The position numbers and the translations under genes are program-made. From Octopus sinensis (Eukaryota): a stretch of DNA of 64,000 bases. The stretch lies in assembly GCF_006345805.1 (NCBI RefSeq), contig NC_043008.1:15438001-15502000 (forward strand), written 5' to 3'. Below, piece by piece: positions 54,753 to 64,000 of the stretch. The first letter of the stretch is position 1, and the number at the start of each line of letters is the position of its first letter. A model generated the notes under the pieces. That model saw only the letters and a program-made list of their open reading frames with translations. It ran no database searches and was not told the DNA's origin.

Positions 54753-55146
54753 ATGCATGCGTGTGCATATGTGTAAGAATTATATATTCTGGAGTGTATA
54801 TACGTACGTATTTAACTGTTTATGTTCTTATGTGTTCTATATATTTATATATATGCTTAAATATACCTTAAACTTATATGATGTGCATACAAATTTACTT
54901 GTATTCTTGTACACCCATGTCTCTGTATGTACATCATATATGTATACATGTGTGTGTATGTGTGTCTGTATATTTCCGTACACACTCACACATACACATA
55001 CACATATTTGTATTCTCTGTCTCCATATATTTATGTAAAAGATGTTGAGTTCTGATGATACGAATTATGTGTTTGTGACTTTACGTCTTTCAGTATATGA
55101 ATCGCAGTGTGCGTCTAAACATACATACATACATACATATATATAC

Positions 55147-55179
<33 letters not shown>

Positions 55180-55271
55180 ATTATATATGTATATATAATC
55201 ACACACACACACATATATATTATATATATATATATTATATATAAATGCATATATAATCACATATATATATA

Positions 55272-55307
<36 letters not shown>

Positions 55308-55628
55308 TATATTTATATATATATATACATATATATATATATGGCTGCCTATATATATATATATATATATACACGTACTTCCTTGAATATCTAATTTTCT
55401 GTTTGTTTCTTTGTTTTGGTCCTGTGTGCTGCTCACGTAGCTTTAGTAGAAATTTATTAAACGAGCTGCTCTAACTGATTAATTTAAATCTAATAAAATG
55501 GTTAATATTTGACAATCATATATTGAAAATTACACATATATAGTCAAACACTCGAGGGAGTCTCGAAGGTGTTGCAAGAGCAACTGGAAATAGCAGCCAA
55601 ATCAATGTCAATTTATAGACATCACTTC

Positions 55629-55820
55629 AGGTGGCACGCTTGCGGAATCCTTAGCCCCTAGGACAAATTATGTTGTATTATTTATATCATCTTATCACTT
55701 TCTGAGTTCAAATTCCTCCGAATTTAACTTTCATCCTTTCATGGTCGATGAATTACATCATCTCCTAAATATTGGATTCGATGTAATTGATTTTTCTCCC
55801 TCCTTTACAAATTGCTGGCC
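55629..55820 (+). mobile_element. Old SINE family B copy
   Basis: ttctgagttcaaattcc..tttcatcctttcatggtcgat. Confidence 0.6.
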
Positions 55821-55949
55821 TTAAACCACATTCAGAGAGAATTTCTACTCTACAGTTTAATTGTCTTCCATACAGTAACTATAGAAATGTAAACAAAAAA
55901 ATACGTAATAGAGAAAATGCAAATACCTCGACTTTATTCAAGACGTAGT

Positions 55950-56032
55950 GAAGGCGCATGGCTCAGTGGTTAGAGCGTCGGAGTTCGAATCCGGGACTGA
56001 GATGCGTTTTGTGTTTTTGAGCAAGACACTTT
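55950..56032 (+). mobile_element. Truncated SINE head (same family as 51041) with deletion between A and B boxes
   Basis: TGGCTCAGTGG..GAGTTCGAATCC..ttgagcaagacacttta. Confidence 0.75.
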
Positions 56033-56054
56033 ATACATATACATATACATACAT

Positions 56055-56096
<42 letters not shown>

Positions 56097-56648
56097 ATAT
56101 ATATATATATATATATATTAATTCCTCATAATGAGGATGGATTTATGGCTTTGACATTTGTACTACCCATTCCTCTATCTATAAATATAAAAAAATTCTT
56201 GTTTGTCTCCATTGAACCAAAATAACGAACCCCCCTCCCCATTGATAAATCTAAATAACAAAGTGAACTCAGTGATAGAAAATCTACAGATGGGGAAGGA
56301 CCTTCTACTACCATGTTCTTAATGATAAAATTAACCTCTCTGTCTATATATATACCCTCTTTGTAATGTTGGCAAATGAAATAAGCATAAAAATGTACAT
56401 TGTCCTTTTAATTTAAAAAAAAATTCTATCTGTAGTTGCAGATTGCTTTACATTTTAAAACTGATGTAATACTTACATTGTTTAATAAAATGAAGTAGCA
56501 TGAAACGATTGTACTACACTACATTGGATATCCTTGTTGCTTATTTTGATTATAATCACCCCATTTGATTTATATGGATAATAGCATACCAAATTCAGGT
56601 GCCTTTAACCTAAGTACCATATTCATCTGAATCTAAATTTTGCTGAAT

Positions 56649-56680
<32 letters not shown>

Positions 56681-58078
56681 TCTGTCAAAGAGCGTATGCT
56701 CGAAACATCAAAGACTGTTCTGTATGTATATATGTAGATATTGTTTATATCTATCTCTTATATAGAGATAACTATAATATACAGATATAGAAAATGCTGT
56801 ATTTATTTTATCTGTAGTATATCTATTTTATTTCAGTCCAGAAAAAATTTGGTTAAAAAACCATTAATTTACGAGTGTCGTAATGGGTGTCTGAATACTA
56901 TATTGTGTCATGTATATTTACACTCTGAATAAGATATGTCAACAACAATAACAAGAACAACAGCTATACCTACACATTCATACAATCACACAGACACATT
57001 TACCGGGAAACATAGAGAAAAACATACATACACATATCGATATATTCATTTTTTGATGATTCTAGACATTAGATTGTGGCCAGAATGAGAGAATAATTTG
57101 CAGGTTTGTTTAAAATATTTTATTAACGCAAGTCTTTCGCATTGTTTAAAATTTATCGATATTCTGTTTATCGATCGACTAGATTAAACTAACAGACGTT
57201 ATACGGTGGACGAAATACAAGTTGCTTTTGTTTACTTCACAAGTTAATCGACAGCAAACCTACTTGTCGAAATACACATAATCAAATTATACACACTGAT
57301 AGGCAAATATATAAACGCATGCAAGTATATATATGGTAGTGTCTCGTAGTCCGAAAAAGAGGGGTCTGCTAATTCTCGGTGAACAAACTGCACAAATGAT
57401 TTGTTAATAGCGATCAAATCTTTGTGCTATCCAATCATTTGATTACTACATCTATCAAATAGACGTTGCCTGAAGAAGTGCAGGGTGTACCACGTGAGAT
57501 AGTGTTTTGCTGAAGAACTCAACGTATGAACTGGTACAGGAATTGAAACCATGAGATTGCGACAGCACAAATACACATATACATACACACACAAAAACAT
57601 AGACACACACACGCAGACACACACATTGTAGGTGCTAGTGATACAAGCAGAATTTACTCGACAACATAACGTAGATGCGTTGCTGCGAACGCTGTAGACA
57701 GCGGTAATCGTCATGAGAATTCATTTCCTGCAGACGTTAAATGCGAAAAAGACAAATACTTTAGACACGAAAGCTACTTCCCTTGCTAATAGCTAATTTA
57801 TATACACCCTTGTAACTTTTTCTGACATCATTGACTATTTAGTCTGTGCTAAACTATTTCGGTTTGATGGAAATTCAATCTAGCATTCGATGGTAGGGAG
57901 TCCTTAGCTCAAGGGGAACAAATTGCTCTGAAATCACGCGATACATCAACCCCATCGGCTGGTGCTGACTAAAGCTCATCTCCCGTTATAATTTGTGCCT
58001 TTTTTTAGCACTTAACTCTATACGATATGATTTCTGAGGACAAATAGCACAGGTTAAGGCGGTCAACACACAAGTCGG

Positions 58079-58790
58079 ATTACTACCTCCCACTTTGAAG
58101 GGTATGCGTTTGCAATCCAGGAACGGGAAATATCAACAAAGTACCTGGTGCACAAAATGAATAGAGATGAAGGAAAAACCGTAAAATGTTAGCGCCAATG
58201 CGGACTTTGTGAGGTTCACATTGAAGATATCACGCGCATCATAATCAGTTTTCCAAAAGTGTCGTCATGGTCTTATCTACCGATGGGAGATGATGTTGTA
58301 TTTAGGACACCCTATAATGAAATGCGTCGGAAGGATAATCCCGTGGACAAAGAAATAAGAATCCACAATATGGTAGAAGCCATAGCCACGCATAATAAAA
58401 AGAACTGGTGGAATGTACCAATGAAAACCTCAATAAAATGTAAGCACAACAGACCTGATATAATGATTTGGGATAGAGAAAAGAAACTGTGCACAATTGT
58501 GGAAATTAGCTGTGCAGCGGATGTTAACATAAAGCTGCAGATCAGTCAAAAAGTGAACACCTATGCCGAACTATTGAGAAATCTGCAGTTACTCTATTCA
58601 GATTACAAGTTCAGGTTTATATCTGTAATTATTGAGGACCTGGGATATGTAGCACACTGTCTAAATACCAATCTCGAGAAATTAGGCTTCTGAAAACCAG
58701 AAAGGGAAAAGCTAATTCTAAGACTAGAGATCCAATCCAAAACTGGAACTGTGAAAATCTGTAAAACTTTCCAGACGTTTATCATTTAAA
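58079..58790 (+). mobile_element. 5'-truncated R4-clade RLE LINE C-terminus
   Basis: FEGYAFAIQEREISTKYL..CGLCEVHIEDIT..WWNVPMKTSIKCKHNRPDIMIWDREKKLCTIVEISC..KVNTYAELLRNLQLLYSDYKFRF..GTVKICKTF, with PD..E RLE motif; one frame with stops. Confidence 0.88.
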
Positions 58791-58829
58791 TATATATGAG
58801 CATGCCCACACATGCAACTACATGCATTA

Positions 58830-60835
58830 GAATATGTGCATAAAACATACAAATCTACACATACACACTCACACATACATACATACATACATATATACAT
58901 ACATACATACATACATGCATACATACATACTTACATTTATACATACATACATACATACATACACACATACACACATACATACATACATACGTACATACAT
59001 ACATACATACATAACACACATACATACATACATACATACATACATACATACATACATACATACACACATACATACTTACATTTATACATACATACATACA
59101 TACATACACACATACATACTTACATTTATACAGACACACACACATACATACAACACATACATACATACATACATACATACTACATACATACACACATACA
59201 TACATACCACATACATACTTACATTTATACTACATACATACATACATACACAATACATACATACATACATACATACAACATACATACATACATACAATAC
59301 ACACATACATACTTACATTTATACATACATACATACTACATACCACATACATACATACAACATGCATACATACATACATACATACATACATACACACATA
59401 CATAAATACATACATACATACTTACATTTATACATACATACATACATACATACATACACACATACACACATACATACATACATACATACATACATACACA
59501 CACATACATACATACATACATACATACATACATACATACACACATACATACATACACACATACATACTTACATTTATACATACATACATACATACATACA
59601 CACATACATACATACATACATACATACATACATACATACATACATACACACATACATACTTACATTTATACATACATACATACATACATACACACATACA
59701 TACATACATACATGCATACATACATACATACATACATACATACACACATAACTAAATACATACATACCTACTTACATTTATACATACATACATACATACA
59801 TACATACACACATACACACATACAACATACATACATACATAAACCACACAATACATACATACATACATAACATACATACATACATACATACATACATACA
59901 TAATACAACTTACATTTATACAACATACATCATATACATACATACATACATACATACATAATACATACATACATACATACATACATACATACATTCATTC
60001 ATACATACATACATACATACATACATACATACATACATACATACATACATACATACATACATACATACATACATACATACAAACATTTATTTTCATACAT
60101 ACATACATACATACACACTACATACATACATACATACATACATACATACATACATACAACATACATACATACATACAATACATACATACATACATACATA
60201 AATACATACATACATACATACATAAATACATACATACATACATACATACATACATACATACATACACACATACATACATACATACATACATACAGATATG
60301 CATACATGCATACATAAATACAGACAGACATACATACATACATACATCATACATACATACATACATAAATACATACATACATACATACATAAATACATAC
60401 ATACATACATACATACACACATACATACATACAACATACATACATACATACACACATACATAAATACATACATACATACTTACATTTATACATACATACA
60501 TACATACATACACACATACACACATACATACATACATACATACATACATACATACACACATACATACATACATACATACATACATACATACATACATACA
60601 CACATACATACTTACATTTTACATACATACATACATACATAAATACATACATACATACATACATAAATACATACATACATACATACATAAATACATACAT
60701 ACATACATACATACATACATACATACATACATACATACATACATACATACATACATACATACACACATACATACATACATACATACATACATACACACAT
60801 ACATACATACATACAGATATGCATACATGCATACA
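58830..60835. repeat. ~2-kb (CATA)n array with a recurring CTTACATTTATA variant
   Basis: Direct reading; 12 occurrences of the variant (one imperfect). Confidence 0.95.
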
Positions 60836-60973
60836 AACAAAAATATCCTGTTGTTGATATTGAAATTACAATGAAGGAGGGTTTGGTCTAGGCTAGAAAC
60901 CAGTTCTTTCTCTGTTAGCAAGCCATCATAAAATAAACTGAATAATGACATACATACATACACACACACACGC

Positions 60974-61004
<31 letters not shown>

Positions 61005-61742
61005 ATATATATATATCGAGAGAGAGAGAGAGAGAAAGCGAGTGTGAGAGTGAGGGAGAAATAGAGACTATTTCCTCTATTTAATACAGTTAACGTAATT
61101 TGGGATGGTGTCTGTAGACAAAGTAGTTGTAATCTTTGAACACAGGAGTTAAAACAAAAATCCATGTTATCAATTATGTATACATGTATTGACAAATCCT
61201 AGTAACGATCTCATACTATTCATCATTGGTCATGTTCATATACATTAACATCAGCACATGCAGAATGGATCCCCTTATTACATAAAACGCAGAAACAATA
61301 ATGCGAGAAATGAATGTAAATTTTTGTATCTCGTGTGAATTCTGACTACGGCGTTCAATATTATGTTGGTTGCACGCCAAAGTTAGATTTCCAATGAGAT
61401 CTCCTGCAGTATATATCAAGATAAGCAATGACGAATATATTGGCAGTGGCCTAGCTTCAAGTATGGAGAAGGGCAATAGTAGTATTTTCTACAATACACA
61501 ACAGCAACTGCTGCATCAGCGACGACCGTAACGATAAAAAGTAGGCGGAAGACGAGGCAGTGCTTTATCATGATGATGATATTGAGGATGGAAATAAAGC
61601 AGGAAAAATAGACAAAAGTAGAAGATTTGGATATGTTGCCAGTGATCGGTTTTGTTTAGTCTGAAATACAAATACTTATGTCAATGTATACAAACATAAG
61701 CAGTCATGTACATATCCAGATACGATGCAGATATACACAATG

Positions 61743-61913
61743 GCACAGACATGACTGTGTGGGTAGAAACTTGCTTCTTAACCTCGTGGTTCCGTGTTCA
61801 GTCCCACTGCGTGAAACCTTGAGCAAGTGCCGTCTACTAGAGACTCGGGTCGACCGAAGCCTTTTCAGTGCATTAAGGAGACGGAAACTGAAAGAAGCCT
61901 GCCGCGCGCGCGC

Positions 61914-61947
<34 letters not shown>

Positions 61948-62082
61948 TGTTGTATCTGGGGAAACATTCTGATTTTATAATTTATTGATTAACACACTCA
62001 CCGATTCGATTTCCACTCATTTACTTGTCTTTTCTCCTAAAATTTCGTGTCTTCTTGCAACCTCTTCAAAATTTGTTGACTC

Positions 62083-62127
<45 letters not shown>

Positions 62128-62430
62128 TATATATATATACATATATATGTACATACGTATACACACATGTATATATGTGTATATATATTCATGTATGAGT
62201 GTCTGTGTTTCTGAGTTTGTCCCCCATCATCACTTGACAACCGACGTTGGTGTGTTAACGCCCTCAGAACTTACTAGTTCAACAAAAGGGACGGATAGAA
62301 TATGTACTAGGGTTACAAACAACAAGTCCTGCGGCTATTTCTTCGACTAGAACGCTTAAATCCACTGCTCCAGCATGGCTGCAGTCAAAATGACAGAAAC
62401 AAACAAAGGAATAAAGGAATAAAAGTAAAA
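61743..62430 (+). mobile_element. SINE family A copy split by a ~250-bp insert in its central microsatellite
   Basis: Head and core at 61743-61950, tail (gacaaccgacgttggtgtg..ctccagcatggctgcagtc) at ~62195-62430. Confidence 0.75.
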
Positions 62431-64000
62431 CACCTTCTCCCATTCAAATCAAATATATATAAGGAGATGGTGAAATATTCCTGACTATAAAGGGTATCAC
62501 AAATGGCCTGGTTGGAGACCCACCCTTCCGAAATCTTTTACAGGGCTTAGAATAACTGAAGGACCGCTCTAATCACATTTCATACGAATGTGGTTCTTCT
62601 GCTTTTGGAAGATTATTTCAGGATCTATCACCCTTTGGGATACATACACTTGAAATAAATATTTAGTTCTACCCGCTACAGGCGCAAAGACAGCGAAACT
62701 AAATGTGCACCCGATCCTCTTATAAGTGCATCTAGTCCCATTTCAATCGTGATTATGTACTTAACAATATCGAAGATGCAAATTGGGCGTAACCGCTTCA
62801 ATGCCCATTTTCCAATTCCACAGGTACCTCGTCTTTTGGATCAGCAGATTGCTATATATGATTACATTTATCTCAGACTGTAAAATTTGGTGTGTCCTGG
62901 GTTTATATAGGTCGGTGTCCCACACACTTCTTCCTATAAATCGAAGGTCTACCTGTCACTACCTTCAACAATGCATGCTCTTGCGAGGTTGATAACACCT
63001 TTAATTCTTCCTTAACTTCCCACAAACTAATGGAGAAACAGTAATCTCAACTAAATAATTTATTTCCTAATAGGCTAACAAATTAACTTTAGTCAGCCTG
63101 AACAACAAATCAAACAAATAATTCTAAATATATGCTTTTCTGCTACTATAGATGTGAACATATTTTGTCACGTTAATGTAATACATTACATAAAACCGGT
63201 CAATAACCATATGCTGCGCTATCTGGAATCTGATAATCGACACATCCATGTCCTCAATAAAAAGCTTACTGTAGCTGCTGCAGTGCCTTCAGAAATACAA
63301 TATAGATTCATATATTTTTTTATGGGTTTACTGGTTACTTATAATGTATTTCCTCATTATTTCCGTTATCAGTCGTGTTATTTATTCGTTGGACTAGTAA
63401 ACAACTGTTTGTGGTTGAAAGTATTTATTTTTCAAATCCTTGGATTACTTCTTAATTATTCATATTATTTTAAATGTTAGTTTATTTGGTTAAAATGAAC
63501 AAAAAAATAAATTCTTTATCTCGAGGAGTGGTGGCTACGTATAATGTACGTCGACAAAAACTGAATACAAATAGAAATGAATTGGTGATATTTACTGTGT
63601 TTTGGGATTGAGTGAAGACTTTTTATTATAATCACATCTCATGACATTTCAATTTTCATTAAAAAACAACACTCTGAAATCTATTACTTTTGCAGGCTTT
63701 TATCGTCGTAAATCTGTCATCTTATTAGGAAGTAGCAACGAGAGACGGAAAGAGAGAGAGAGAGAGAGAAAGAGAAAGAGAGAGAGAATGAGTAGTGATT
63801 GCTGCGCAATACGTGCTGGTGATTAAAAAGAGAAGAAATAGTCTACTCAGTGGAAAAGACTGATGGGACAAAACGAACGAATGCAAAGAAATATCTATCA
63901 GAGAAGGGAATTTAGTGTCCAGGACGAGGAGAAATAAGCAACGCTAAACAGACATGGCGCATTAATACGTGCAGATACAGATACGTGCATACACAAGTGT

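Noticed and set aside
55950-56000. tRNA gene or CRISPR array
   Set aside because: A and B boxes are present but no cloverleaf forms; these are SINE heads. No repeat-spacer array exists in the window, and the 184-bp units have no unique spacers.

Overview
AT-rich eukaryotic DNA dominated by microsatellites and retroelements. The SINE families and simple-repeat density suggest an octopus or other cephalopod; this is my inference from recalled repeat families, not a database hit. Almost all ORFs in the supplied track are microsatellite artefacts. Supported content: (i) about 25 tRNA-derived SINE copies from at least three families; (ii) decayed coding remnants of Penelope-like elements (GIY-YIG, three loci), a HERO-type RLE LINE, two R4/Dong-type RLE LINEs, RTE LINEs (RT and C-terminal zinc finger) and a PIF1/Helitron helicase; (iii) a hAT MITE with a perfect 8-bp TSD; (iv) two tandem duplications with breakpoints in microsatellites; (v) two phase-compatible + strand exons (40055-40127 and 41010-41266) that look like the 3' end of an unidentified host gene. 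The most unusual signals are a 184-bp SINE module that recurs in variable copy number at an invariant GG|TATTTCGTC junction inside the SINE head, hammerhead-ribozyme-like motifs (two sharing a non-canonical A6U core), and RLE-type or retroposed elements sitting in or ending in specific microsatellites, (AAT)n and (CATA)n.
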